From Octopus bimaculoides (lineage: Eukaryota): a stretch of DNA of 64,000 nt. The stretch is from the NCBI RefSeq assembly GCF_001194135.2, contig NC_068994.1:8954366-9018365 (forward strand), given 5' to 3'. The notes under the pieces are model-generated. The model did not search any database, was not told the origin of the DNA, and worked only from the letters and a program-made list of their open reading frames with translations. Below, one piece after another: positions 13,320-25,487 of this stretch (the first letter of the stretch is position 1; every line of letters starts with the position of its first letter). A program made the position numbers and the translations under genes.

Positions 13320-13950
13320 AGAATTCACATAAATACTTAAATACAGAAGAAAAAATTATGAAATGCAATAGAAACCCCGTTCGGCAGAATTCGTATGAAT
13401 TCGTGAATACGTATGAAATGCTGTTCAGAATTTTTGGGACTTCTAATCACTCTGCCATCTCATCGCCTTAATAACAATTCTACTAATAACAACGTTAACA
13501 ACAACAATATCGATAACTGCGTAAAAAATACGACTGTAAATAATGATAATCGATGATAGTCATTTGAAAAGAAAATGAATCAATTATGTTTTCATTTCCA
13601 ACTAATTATAATAGCTTCTTCACGATAATTGCATCATATTCTTTCATTTCTGACTGATTAGATACTTGGTGTTTAGAAGATGTAATTTCTGTAATAATAC
13701 AGAAGATGTTTTAGGAAATGTAATTTCTCTAATGGTACCATAATATGCTGCTGTAAATATTCTTGCTCGTGTTAAAATTCTTACTATGTTTATTATTTAT
13801 GTCGATCCTGTATAACACGTTTCTACGACTAAGATTTACACAATTCTGTTCTGCCAATTGAATTCTGCTGTTTTTTGTTGGTATTGTGTATAATGGGCTC
13901 CAAAAATAAGTTTAAACATCGAATATAACTTATCCGAAATACGGTAAATA

Positions 13951-14130
13951 TCTATCATCTTACTATAACGGTCGTTATGTCTGTCAACCTATGCGATTGT
14001 TCCCCTGTCCGTCTGTCTGTCTGTTCTCTCTCCACAGTCAAACGGCTGGATCAATGGTCATGATGTTTTTCGGGATTACGGTGTAGTTAATAAGGAAGGT
14101 TTTTAGCGAAAAAAAAAACAAAAAACAAAT
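13951..14130 (+). mobile_element. Non-autonomous Helitron-like 5' end
   Basis: Starts a|TCtatcatcttactataa (TC terminus after A), then a (tctg)n tract and aaacggctggatcaat. This architecture is typical of Helitron 5' regions (from recall). Confidence 0.55.
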
Positions 14131-14324
14131 GAAAAATTATAAATATTTCGCAGATATTGAGTTTTGTATTAATAAATTACCCTTGGATTATTATTATTAT
14201 TTTTGTTAAAATTCCGGCGACGCGGATTAACTCTGGATCACCCCACCCCGTATAGTTCGTGAATTTAGAGGTTTTAGATTTACGATACTATCTCCTTATT
14301 TCCCATCGTAGATGCGTAGATATG

Positions 14325-14545
14325 CCATGTTACTATAATCGGCTTTATGTCCGTCTCCCTGTCCACCTGTCCGTCTCTCTGTCCGCCTGTTCGTCTCTCT
14401 GTAATATGCTGCTGTAAATATTCTTGCTCGTGTTAAAATTATTAATATTCTTGCTCGTGTAAGTGTATTTTTACCCGCTCCTGTATTTACACGCGGCCAG
14501 CTATACGTCACTATGAGTAGAGCAACGGATCGGGTAATATCGTCT
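14325..14545 (+). mobile_element. Mini-Helitron with a PIF1-type helicase C-terminal remnant
   Basis: 14465-14533 translates VFLPAPVFTRGQLYVTMSRATDR, matching the Helitron helicase motif LPxPVFSHGQLYVAxSR. The 5' part tactataatcggctttatgtccgtc is homologous to 13961-13985. Confidence 0.8.
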
Positions 14546-14749
14546 GCAAAAAAGTTTTGTAATCATATTGATATTATCGAAAGGAATGCGTAAAATAGTG
14601 TAAACAACTAAAATAAAAATATATCTAAATAACATTTTTTCTTAATACTTTTTATGTAGTGGTCGAAGGAAGCGATTTTCGTTTTCATAGACCCAAATGA
14701 CAACAAATTGATATGTATATGAAAAATAGCAAACCATTTAGAAGATTGC

Positions 14750-16060
14750 TAAGTCAGGACGACTAGATTATTACACGGAACATTATGCATTCCCAGCATG
14801 CATAGGGAGCACCCGGAATACTGTGTTGACAACATGCTGTAGTTTTGTAGGTGTATTCGAGAGTGGTAAAACACTTGACACAGATTTGTAACCATCTTCC
14901 GGAAGTTCGAATTGTTGAGGAAATAGCAACAGTGTCTCCCTCGTGTGTAAACGTGAAGTTCGACGCACAGCATATATTCAACGAGTTTGCGTTTACATAA
15001 CATAATGTTGAGATAAGGAAGAAAAATAGCATTAGGCTGACGTTAATATAGAATTGTTAACTAAAAGATAATGAAAATTTTAATTTACATTGAAAACATA
15101 GACAAGTTGCATAAACAAGAGCCATAAGCATGAAGCGAAACATTTTTATCAGCCTTTAACAGACAATGTTAATCTCATGTTGTTTGTATGCAGCTTTGGA
15201 AGGTATTAAAAGCAATACATTTCCGAATACTATGCGAGTAGTGGTGAAGTGGAGATGTCTATAGTCGTTATCGAGACGGCTCACCATCTCAGTACAAATG
15301 CTCTTCAAAAGTCTGTTTCGGCCGTATCGGGGTAAAGTTAGACGATGCATTCCTTGTTCGTATCTATTTGACATTCTGCTTCACCTGGTCAAACAATTCA
15401 AATTAATTAGATAAGCATTCTGAGTTTTACTCCATGCGTAATGGTTCTTGTAATTGTTCCTTCATCTGTATTTTTTTTGCTGTGCGTTGAGATACTTGCC
15501 CATGCTGATATTGATGTGACTGAAGTTATCTACGTTTATTCTAGTTTTGCAGCTGCCGTGGAGGTTATGCAAAAGGGTTGATGGTTTATGAGCTCTATGT
15601 TATGCTATTGATATTTCCGTACTTTGCAATGAAATGATGACCATTGTGTGTTAAAGCAGTTCTTGCCATTATGTCATTCGATTGGCACCTTGTTCTTTCA
15701 TCTCACCATTTAAAGGTAAGTGAGAGGAATAATTTAGAAACTAACTGGAAATAACTATGTAAATGGCTCGCTTTGTTCTTGGCTTTGGTTTTCAAAGATG
15801 TACTCTAGAAATACATAGATTCTCGAAGAAACTTGAATGATTGTCGCCCATGGATCTGTATTTGGTGTTTGGTTGATGCTGCTCATCTTGCTCTTTTAGT
15901 ACTTTCTATAGTTGCCGTTTGCTGTCGTTCCTCTTGCTGCAAAATCCAGTTACTGTTGATGGAAATGTGGGTTCCTGTGTTCTCATTCAGTGGGTTTTTA
16001 ACGATCTTCTCCATGTTTGAAATTGCTGATACTACATTATTGGCCCTAGCACGCTAGCTA
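14750..16060 (-). mobile_element. Probable decayed R4/Dong-like LINE, N-terminal region to RT start
   Basis: GC-richer tract. Minus frames give RYEQ...GRNRLLKS (like RYEQR..QNRLF) and SGRWLQICVKCFTTL (like APGxDGxQxFWxKxFTxLH). Many stops and frameshifts; weak by-eye match. Confidence 0.4.
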
Positions 16061-16310
16061 ATTCACTAAAATTCCTTATTTAAAATAAACAACTTGCAGG
16101 TTTATGGGGATGTTTGTAAAGATGAGGATAAACTCGATGCGTATTTTGGTTACCCACGAATTCTGATAAGATCTTAAACGTGAGTTGGTATTTTTACTGT
16201 GACACTGCGAATCATTAAACGATTTTTAGATTGTTTAATGATTGAAACTATTGTTGAATATTATCTTCAAATCACGCCAGCCTACAAATAACAGCAAAGT
16301 TTTTGAAGCA

Positions 16311-16450
16311 ATTAGTCCTCTGCCACCATTCTTTCTTTTCATATACAGTCTGTTCACGTTTGCTCTTTAGGGTGTAGCGCAGCATGCAGGGTCATCAATT
16401 TCTCTCGTCCTTCTATCCAGTGTTGCTTTTTCCTCCTTAATCCATTTCAA
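16311..16450 (-). mobile_element. R4/Dong-type LINE RT fragment
   Basis: With frameshifts it reads WIKEEKATLDRRTR-MTLHAALHPK-ANVNRLYMKRKNGGRGLI, matching WTxxELxxLDRKTRKxMTMHxALHPKSDVDRLYxxRKxGGRGLI. Confidence 0.85.
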
Positions 16451-16480
16451 GATAGACGCACTCTATCTCACCACCGCAAC

Positions 16481-16531
<51 letters not shown>

Positions 16532-16834
16532 TATTATTATTATTATTATTATTCAGTAGTTTTATTTTTATAACGTGCTTTCACTTCACTACCGAGCGCA
16601 GCTCTGTGCGCCTTGGGTATGTGCTATGGTTTGCTGTGGTGCTCTTATGTTTACTGTATTGAAAGTGTTTTGCGTAGAATGTGTGCAGTACCCAGTAGTG
16701 CAATTTTCTGTATGTTATATATATTTGTAAGTCCTGGTGTTTTTGTTATGTATTTGTCTGAATATTTTTTTATTATACCTAAGGCACCTACTATGATAGG
16801 AATTGTTTCTGTTTTTAGATTCCACATTCGAGTT
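16481..16834 (-). mobile_element. R4/Dong-type LINE 3' end (RLE C-terminus, 3'UTR, (TAA)n tail)
   Basis: TRMWNLKTETIPIIVGALGIIKKYSDKYITKTPGLTNIYNIQKIALLGTAHILRKTLSIQ* (stop at 16651-16653), about 100 nt of UTR, then (TAA)n. The 5' side runs into a gap. Confidence 0.92.
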
Positions 16835-17029
16835 NNNNNNNNNNNNNNNNNNNNNNNNNNNNNNNNNNNNNNNNNNNNNNNNNNNNNNNNNNNNNNNNNN
16901 NNNNNNNNNNNNNNNNNNNNNNNNNNNNNNNNNNNNNNNNNNNNNNNNNNNNNNNNNNNNNNNNNNNNNNNNNNNNNNNNNNNNNNNNNNNNNNNNNNNN
17001 NNNNNNNNNNNNNNNNNNNNNNNNNNNNN

Positions 17030-17036
17030 CCGCAAC

Positions 17037-17087
<51 letters not shown>

Positions 17088-17126
17088 TATTATTATTATT
17101 ATTACTATTATTATTATTATTATTAC

Positions 17127-17187
<61 letters not shown>
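17030..17187. repeat. (TAT)n microsatellite
   Basis: Direct reading; preceded by ccgcaac, as at 16475. Confidence 0.95.
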
Positions 17188-17190
<3 letters not shown>

Positions 17191-17634
17191 TGAGAGAGCA
17201 ATGCATCTTGTCGTGTTGATTGCTGCTATAGTTATTAAGGAGAAAGAAAAAGTATATATCATATTATATAACGAAAAAAACTATCAACGATGCGTGTAAT
17301 AAAAAAAATATTTTGCTCCAAATTAATTTAAGATTGTACGAATCGTGTACTGGCATGGTAGAGTGTGTTTTGTGGAATGATTACTCTGTAGTGGAAATTA
17401 TATGCTGTATAAAAAAAATTAGATGGGAGACACTGTTGGGAATTTGAAGTATTTGGTCACAAGCCAGCTTAAATGTGATTCGATTTTACAGTGATATGAT
17501 GGAAAAGTTAGCAATCTTGTGTTGGATTTCGTTATATTAATCATACTGTATAAACTTTTCTTGAGAGTAGTTTATTTTCTGTTTTAAAAATGTATTTAGC
17601 ACGATATACATCAATATTTCTAAAACCATAACAT

Positions 17635-17870
17635 GTCTGTCTGTCTATCTATCTATCTATCTATCTATGAATGCGTCCATAATGTATACATACATACATA
17701 CATAGGCACATACATACATACATACATACGTTCATATATCCATCCATCCATCCATCCATCCATCCATCCATCCATCCATACATACATACATACATACATG
17801 CACACATATACACACACAGACATACACGGCTAAGCACGCACACACACTCACACGCACACGTATATAAATG
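17635..17870. repeat. Compound (TCTA)n/(CATA)n/(CATC)n/(CA)n microsatellite
   Basis: Direct reading. Confidence 0.95.
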
Positions 17871-18120
17871 TATATACATGAATTATGTCCATGTTATTTG
17901 ATTTACCAGTTCATTGAATGAGGTCTGGTCTTGAAGAGAATTCATTCTAAACACGATACATATAGAACAGTATTCCGATACGTTCACAGGAATATGTTGC
18001 CCCAAGCATAGTTATTGCCTTACAGTAATTTGAATGCTATGCAATTTAGTTACACATGCATACATACAGACATAAAAACACCCACCCACACATACATGCC
18101 TACATGCATAAATACACACA

Positions 18121-18182
<62 letters not shown>

Positions 18183-18357
18183 AGCTCTCGCATCATTAAC
18201 TTTGGACATAGAATATAGAGGAATTTGTAATCGCATAAACTGCTCTGAACTTGCTTGTTCATAAATATGTTTGATTACCAATCCAAAATTTGATCTTGTT
18301 TCCTTCAATCAGTAATGATTGCTGACGTTTTCTAAATATATTATATGAAAACATTGG

Positions 18358-18450
18358 CAGTCATGGATATGTAATAATAAGTTTGCTTCTCAATCACATA
18401 GTTCTGAGTTCAATCCTAGAGCTCAGTGTCTTAGTCAATTGTCTTATCGT
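18358..18450 (+). mobile_element. Degenerate SINE type B head
   Basis: aagtttgcttctcaatcacatagttctgagttcaatcc aligns to the type B head at 57611-57660. Confidence 0.5.
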
Positions 18451-20142
18451 ATATATTTATATGTTTGTTGTTTGCATGAATCTACATTATATTTATATAT
18501 AATTTTTATTTCATATACACCGTCCATCACTTATTATTTTTAGTTGTAGTCGTATTTGCATCCTGTGATTGACTACTAAATGATTTGTCATCATCTCTCA
18601 TATTTGAAAGCGTTTACTAAGATGTACGACATCCATGCGTTTCTGAGTATTAACCGTGATTATCTGCGCACAACAGTTTGTTAGTGAAATATCACGTGCA
18701 TCAAAGTTTTAGTTAATTAAAATCTAAATTTTACTGCATATTTCACAAATCTTACGGCCAATGTTAGAACCTCGCAAGGAAATGGAGAATAGTTTTAAGA
18801 AATTTAGAATAAATTTACACTTTAATTTACGTACATATAGAAAGGATCGCCCGAATTTTGAAAACCAGCAAAGAGAACGCTAGAGATATTTCCTCAAGAA
18901 ATACACTCCGGTTTAATCCAGTTTAACTGTGACTTCAGTCGATTCCAAAGAATTCCAAATATAGAAAGAATTATCAATGACTTTCGGTCAATGAGATTTG
19001 AATAATTCGTAATGGTAATGAATTAAAACAAAGGAAAACGCAATTTCGCCAATAGCGTCAATTTGGATTAAATTAAATTGTGATATATTTAAATGTCATG
19101 CTCCAAAAACTAAATAACTCAGTTTATTGTAAATTGCCTCTTACTTAACAAAATAAAACAACATGGTAGTAGAAAGATTGAAAAACACACGAAGAAAAGC
19201 TGAAATGCTTAAAGAATTGATGTGCTAATTAATTTGGTTTTCAAGGAAAGAGCAGTCTGGTCTTTATTTGCAGGGCATTGTTAATTCTTTAATGAAGAAG
19301 AAAATTCCAATGAATGGAAAACAACAGGCGTTTGGTATTGGATAATCCATAACGTATTAATCCAAATTCATGCCTTTGGCGCCCATTGTTTATTTCACTT
19401 CGTTCATTGTATCTTTAGATAATTATTTATGCTATCGTACGTTCTATATAAATTCGCGAACACAACCCATACATGAATGCATGCTTATATACACACAGTT
19501 TTGTTTGTATTCATCTCTTTCTCCCCAATCCGTGTGTGTCTATATGTATATATATATATATATATGTACATATATATAGATAGAGAGAAAGAGAGAGAGA
19601 GGGGGGGGAGAAATAAGTAGATAGATACATAAATAGCGAGAGAGAGAGAGAGAGAGAGAGAGGTACTTGTTCCTCTTTTCAAGAATGTTTTAACTGGCTC
19701 ATGAATATAAATCGTAATAAGACCATATCCTCTCATATAATCAGTTAAGAGCAATCCTATTCTATCAAAAAGTATATGTGAATGAGAAAATAGAAGATGA
19801 AGATTTCATCCGTATAATTAAGCAAAATCCGATGCCTATAACACAAAAGAATTATAGGTATCGGAATTGCAATTTTTGAAGAGGAATCACAATGCTACAA
19901 TGTTTGAAAATGGAATTTCTCCTAATGATCTGAAGAAACAAAGATTTAAAAAAATTGCTCCAACAAAACTGAAAGCATTTTTGAATATAGATATGAAATT
20001 CAAAATTCGAAGCAAATATATATTTTGAGACATATCTAAAAATGTCCATATAAATAATGTACCTTCTCATAATTCACTTCTTTCATTTAATGTAACAATA
20101 ACATTGAGTAAAAAAAAGACTAATTCACACGGAAACAACGTT

Positions 20143-20470
20143 ATCAGTATACAAGCACGTACACTATAATTGCGACTTATATAATCAACCGATAGCATTG
20201 TCTACAAATGTGCAAACCCTTCATAACGTTCAAAGACCACATGGATATTTTTAACCGAATCCCGTGTGTACGAATTAATCAGGCAAATAGCATCAATAAA
20301 CAAATTAAAACAGATGGAACAATATCAATATGTAAGCACGTACACTAGTATTCCGACTTCATATAAATAAGAGAGTTGAATGTCTGTCTAAGTATAAACC
20401 TCATATAACTTTGAAAGGCCACGAATATATTTTTAACCTAAACAATTTTCTAGACGAAATCATCCAATAA
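20143..20470 (+). repeat. Diverged two-unit tandem duplication, period about 181 bp
   Basis: aagcacgtacacta occurs at 20153 and 20334; the downstream cgactt..atata, aaacc..ataac and tatttttaacc motifs stay collinear. Confidence 0.75.
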
Positions 20471-22129
20471 AACGAATGTTACACAATCCACAGATTTGAA
20501 TTCATAGAATAATATCACGTTGACGATTAATAGTACACGGAGTAGAAATTAATTGTTGTATATCTACTCAATTTGACAAAGTGGAGTTATATCTCACCAT
20601 AACATAACCATGGTAAGAAAAGTCAGCGTTTATTAGTTGATTCCATTTAGAAAATTGATATAAAGTTAGATATGAGTGTACGCTTGTGCACATGCAAACA
20701 GACAAGTACTTACATATGTCTGAATGCAGATATGTATATATATATATANNNNNNNNNNNNNNNNNNNNNNNNNNNNNNNNNNNNNNNNNNNNNNNNNNNN
20801 NNNNNNNNNNNNNNNNNNNNNNNNNNNNNNNNNNNNNNNNNNNNNNNNNNNNNNNNNNNNNNNNNNNNNNNNNNNNNNNNNNNNNNNNNNNNNNNNNNNN
20901 NNNNNNNNNNNNNNNNNNNNNNNNNNNNNNNNNNNNNNNNNNNNNNNNNNNNNNNNNNNNNNNNNNNNNNNNNNNNNNNNNNNNNNNNNNNNNNNNNNNN
21001 NNNNNNNNNNNNNNNNNNNNNNNNNNNNNNNNNNNNNNNNNNNNNNNNNNNNNNNNNNNNNNNNNNNNNNNNNNNNNNNNNNNNNNNNNNNNNNNNNNNN
21101 NNNNNNNNNNNNNNNNNNNNNNNNNNNNNNNNNNNNNNNNNNNNNNNNNNNNNNNNNNNNNNNNNNNNNNNNNNNNNNNNNNNNNNNNNNNNNNNNNNNN
21201 NNNNNNNNNNNNNNNNNNNNNNNNNNNNNNNNNNNNNNNNNNNNNNNNNNNNNNNNNNNNNNNNNNNNNNNNNNNNNNNNNNNNNNNNNNNNNNNNNNNN
21301 NNNNNNNNNNNNNNNNNNNNNNNNNNNNNNNNNNNNNNNNNNNNNNNNNNNNNNNNNNNNNNNNNNNNNNNNNNGATCCGTGTATCACTGCTAAGATGGT
21401 GTCACGTGAGGTTCCTAAAGCTCACGTCTGCCAGAATGAATCTGATGTCTTTGCGAAAGTATACTAAAGTAAAAATGCTGTCTACTTATATTAATAATTT
21501 TGTTTTTTTTATTTACAAATATTCATATATTTATTATAGACGAAGTAACAAAAAAAAAAAAGGAAGCAAAAACTGCATTAAAAAACGAATTACAAATATA
21601 TTCACCTATCAAAAACAAACGCCCACACATTCAGCTCCCCTAATAACAAACTTATATTTCTTTCATACATTTCGACTAAGATGTGCGACTAAGATGTATT
21701 TTCATATACTTGTACATATTTGAGTTCTTATGTATCACGTTATAATTTCATCAGAGCTACTAAAGTGATCTTCAATTATATTTGGGAAAGCATTGATATT
21801 TATACGTTTATGTATTTGTTTTGCAAAATATTTAAAGTTATATCGTGCGTTGAAAGAAATATTGTTATACTTGGTATGGATACATTTTGGAAATTAAACC
21901 CACACACTATAACCTGGATTTGGATAAAAGATAATTCTGGAGGATTAGTTCATTATAATTTTATTTAACATAGTCCACTCTCAAATTCACCCACTTATTG
22001 GCGCGGTCCTTCGGGTTTTGTAAACGATATTAAAGAACTCGAAATGCTGGACCTCAAACTTAGTGTTTCACGGTTCCCTCAAAACCATGAACTTTTCAGC
22101 ACACTCTCGTATTTGGTTTTCATTTCAGC

Positions 22130-22130
<1 letters not shown>

Positions 22131-22183
<53 letters not shown>

Positions 22184-22340
22184 TTAGGTCTTTTGTCAAA
22201 TGTCTTTTGTCACACCACATATGACCACTTCAGCGACATTTTATCCCGCGTGTCTTCCCTTCTTCTGCTTATTCCAAAGATCCGTTAAAGAGGCCACAGG
22301 ATGTTTGACGAATGAGTTTTGACAAACAAACTAAAGTAAG
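22131..22340 (-). mobile_element. Unclassified (TAA)n-tailed retroposon 3' end
   Basis: A GC-richer 150-bp tract ends on the minus strand in gacaaaagacatttgacaaaagacct followed by (AAT)n. No clear protein motif. Confidence 0.4.
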
Positions 22341-22529
22341 AATAATAAATCTGAAGTGAAGACCAAATATATAGTCCGTGTCTTTAATTGGCAACATACG
22401 ATTCCAAGTTTAAGAATTTACATTTCTAAATATGCAGAAAGTATTACCATCGAAATAATCATAAACATATATAGGAAATGTAATACGGAATTTGAGAGTC
22501 AGAATCCCTCCCAGAAAAAGGAGAGTTAT

Positions 22530-22770
22530 GGAATTATATATATAAATATAGGCATATGGAAAACTCCTATGTAAAGAATTGCAAAATAAGTAAAGATATA
22601 CCTGGGAATAGAGGTACATATAAAATGATAGAAACCAGAACAGTAAGAGAGAGGGGAGGCGATCAAAAGAATGAGTTTGAGGATCAAAGAACAATTCAAC
22701 ATAAGGACCCAAGCTAGATCGACAATTAACAAACTGAAGAAACAACGGAGCGGGAATGCACATTATGCGT
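22530..22770 (+). mobile_element. Decayed Penelope GIY-YIG endonuclease remnant
   Basis: One frame with stops: GIIY...KIYLG...RMSLRIKEQFNIR...SGNAHY, resembling GVIY...YIGETGRxLxxRIKEH...SALAxH. Confidence 0.45.
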
Positions 22771-22814
22771 GTGTTTGTGTGTGCCCTAATTCGTGCGCGT
22801 GTGTGTTTGGTTAT

Positions 22815-22960
22815 GCGAATTTTCACCGAGATCGACTTTGCTTTTCTTCGTTTCTGGTTTGATGAAATAAATAGCTCTAAGTACCTGGATCGATGTAATC
22901 GACTGTCGCTCTTTCCCAGAATTTCAGGTTTCGCACCACTGCCAAAGCGGATTGTTACTC
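22815..22960 (+). mobile_element. Degenerate SINE type A body
   Basis: ccgagatcgactttgcttttc...gatgaaataaatag...ggatcgatgtaatcgact...cagaatttcagg. Confidence 0.6.
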
Positions 22961-23717
22961 ATAGTAAAGAAACGCTTCCTTTCGTCAGAGCATAGTAGAG
23001 CATAGACTGTTTTCTGTTCATTTTAACTTTCTTTCCCAATTGGTCATTTATAGTGTTTATGGGGACATATCTTCTTGATATATTTTTTTGCTATCGTTTT
23101 CTTTGTGTCTCATCGAATATCACCAACAATACAGTACTCACTTTTCAGTACAGTACAACAATACAGTTCTAACTTTCAAAGTACTAACTTTCAAACCTAT
23201 CATATTCTGTCGTTACTTATTTTAGAAACAAACCGTAAAGTCTTAGTGAGCGATCACACCTTTGTCTGCTACAGGCTGTTGTTATTAATCACTTTGCTGG
23301 TAAATTTCCAACCGCAAATAAAATGTTTTCACATATTATTTGTAGGCAGGTGTTATATTTTCTCATAACAAGAACATACTGCTCTAAGAAACTCACGATC
23401 AAACACTTTATTAAAGTCGTCACTCAATTTGTTGTAACGGTCTCTGCTGGAGTTCAAATTATATTTTCCGGTAGAATATTAACGTTATAATCTGATGAAC
23501 AATGTTTACCTTTCCTTGGAAACTAGTCTAAATATTTTTTTTTATTGTTTCTTTAATTCCAACAAGTAAAACATATAGCCATCCCTAATTTGGAAGTCTT
23601 TCCAAAATGTTTGTTTTACCTTTCGTAAAACAAAATATTACGTCAATTCCTCATTTTATTAGGAGTTTCTTTGCTTAGACGGTCCACGTTTTCAGTTATA
23701 CACTCCATGACATATGA

Positions 23718-23781
23718 AGACGCGTGGCTTAGTGGCTAGGGTATTCGGCTCATCAGTGTAAGGCTGTGACTTCAATTCCCC
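23718..23781 (+). mobile_element. SINE type C tRNA-like head only
   Basis: gacgcgtggcttagtggctagggtattcggctca...gacttcaattccc has A-box and B-box-like motifs and matches the head at 36206. Confidence 0.75.
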
Positions 23782-23789
23782 ACAAAGAG

Positions 23790-23922
23790 TTGTTGTTGTT
23801 GGCACTCCGTCTCTTACGACATCGAGGGATTCAGTTCATCTGATCAACGGAACAGCCTGCTCATGAAATTAACGTGCAAGTGGCTGAGCACTCCACAGAC
23901 ACGTGTACCCTTAACGTAGCTC
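23790..23922 (-). mobile_element. SINE type C 3' part in inverted orientation
   Basis: aattaacgtgcaagtggctgagcactccacagacacgtgtacccttaacgtag is the reverse complement of 36385-36440; a (gtt)n tail lies at 23789-23800. Confidence 0.85.
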
Positions 23923-23925
23923 TTG

Positions 23926-24275
23926 GGCACCTTGGGCAAGTGTCTTCTACTATAGCCTCGGGCCGAGCAAAGCCTTGTGAGTGGATTTGGTAGACGGAAA
24001 CTGAAAGAAGCCTGTCGTATATATGTATATATATATATATATATATATTTATGTGTGCTTGTATGTTTTTGTTTTCCCCCTGCCCAATATCGCTTGACAA
24101 CCGATGCTGGTGTGTTTATGTCCCCGTAACTTAACGGTTCGGCAAGAGTGCCGATAGAATAAGTATTAGGCTTACAAAGAATAAGTCCTGGGGTCTGTTT
24201 TCTCGACTAAAGGCGGTGCTCCAGCATGGCCGCAGTCAATTGACTGAAACAAGTAAAAGAGTAAAAGAGAGAATA
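23926..24275 (+). mobile_element. SINE type B lacking its head
   Basis: Runs from ggcaccttgggcaagtgtcttctactatagcc to ggcggtgctccagcatggccgcagtcaattgactgaaacaagtaaaag. Confidence 0.92.
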
Positions 24276-25487
24276 AAGAGTAACAGCTGCGACAGCAACG
24301 CCACATGAGCAACACCAACAACAGCTGCTTCTACTATTATTGTTTCTATTGTCTATAAGGCTTTTTTGCGACAATAGTTTTGAATAAAGTGTTTACATTT
24401 GTGCATGGACGAATTCCTCGTTTAGCATAGTTTAGCGTTCTTAAATGCATTTTTAAGGCGTATATAGGAGTTTGACGTTATATCCATAGCACTATCATGG
24501 TTCTTCACATTCTTCGTTTGTGCTTCCGTCATAGTGTGTATTGCAATGTTTGTGATTGTGTCTTTGTGCATGTGTGTGCACGAGTGAGTGCTTGTGTGTG
24601 TGCTTATGTATATGTATGTGTGTGTGTTTGCGTAGGTAGGGGTGATTGTTGACGTAACTGTGAACATTTGCGATCTTGAATGATTTATAAAAACCGAGTA
24701 GCTAGGTTACAATATAGCTAGTGTTCCCTTATATAATACGATTGAAAATAATAGAATATGAAAACAAGTCATGAAATATTCATATAAAAGTATTAAATAA
24801 CAATTAAATTAGTTACAAGATACTTAATTAAAATGTAACAAAGACATTTAAATATTTCTTCGTATTACCTATTCTTTAAGTTTCACTATTTTATTTATTT
24901 TATTAATTCATTGTATTTCGAGAAAACGTAATTTTTCGATAATATTAGTTTCCTTTAATTGGCCATCAAAATATTTTTATAGCCTTTTTGTAAGTCTACA
25001 CAAACTGAGTTGACAACAGTTAATTAGTAACGATGACAGTGAAGAGATTGTATAAAAAGACTCATTTTTATATGTTACTTCTCCTTGTCGAATGGAACAA
25101 TATATTATTTTAGTTAGAGCAGTAAGTGTTATTAACCCACCCAGAAGAATAGAAGGGGAGATCACAAAAGTAGGATTTCAACTGAAAGCATATATTGTAT
25201 TAAACAGAATCGCTTAATAAAATTTGTGCATTATTTTACCAGGTCAGTCAACCCAGAACGCGAACGATGGTATTATTTCTTTCTTAGGCATACGGCAAAA
25301 TATTTTAAGGAAAAAGTTAGTCGATGAAATGAACTTGTGACCTGGACGGTATTTTTCTTTCATTGCATCTGGGGCGGGGATGAAAGTTAAAGGTAATTTC
25401 AGGCGATACAACCACAGTACGTAACAAGATGGAAGAGATATCACATGACATCGCATTTATTATTTCTGATATAGATAGCAATACAGA

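Noticed and set aside
15552-15716. AG/GTAAGT-bounded segment on the plus strand
   Set aside because: All three frames contain stops, and it lies within the probable minus-strand LINE relic.
21715-21760. ctgatga on minus with downstream gatac
   Set aside because: GAAA is absent and the stems are unpaired.
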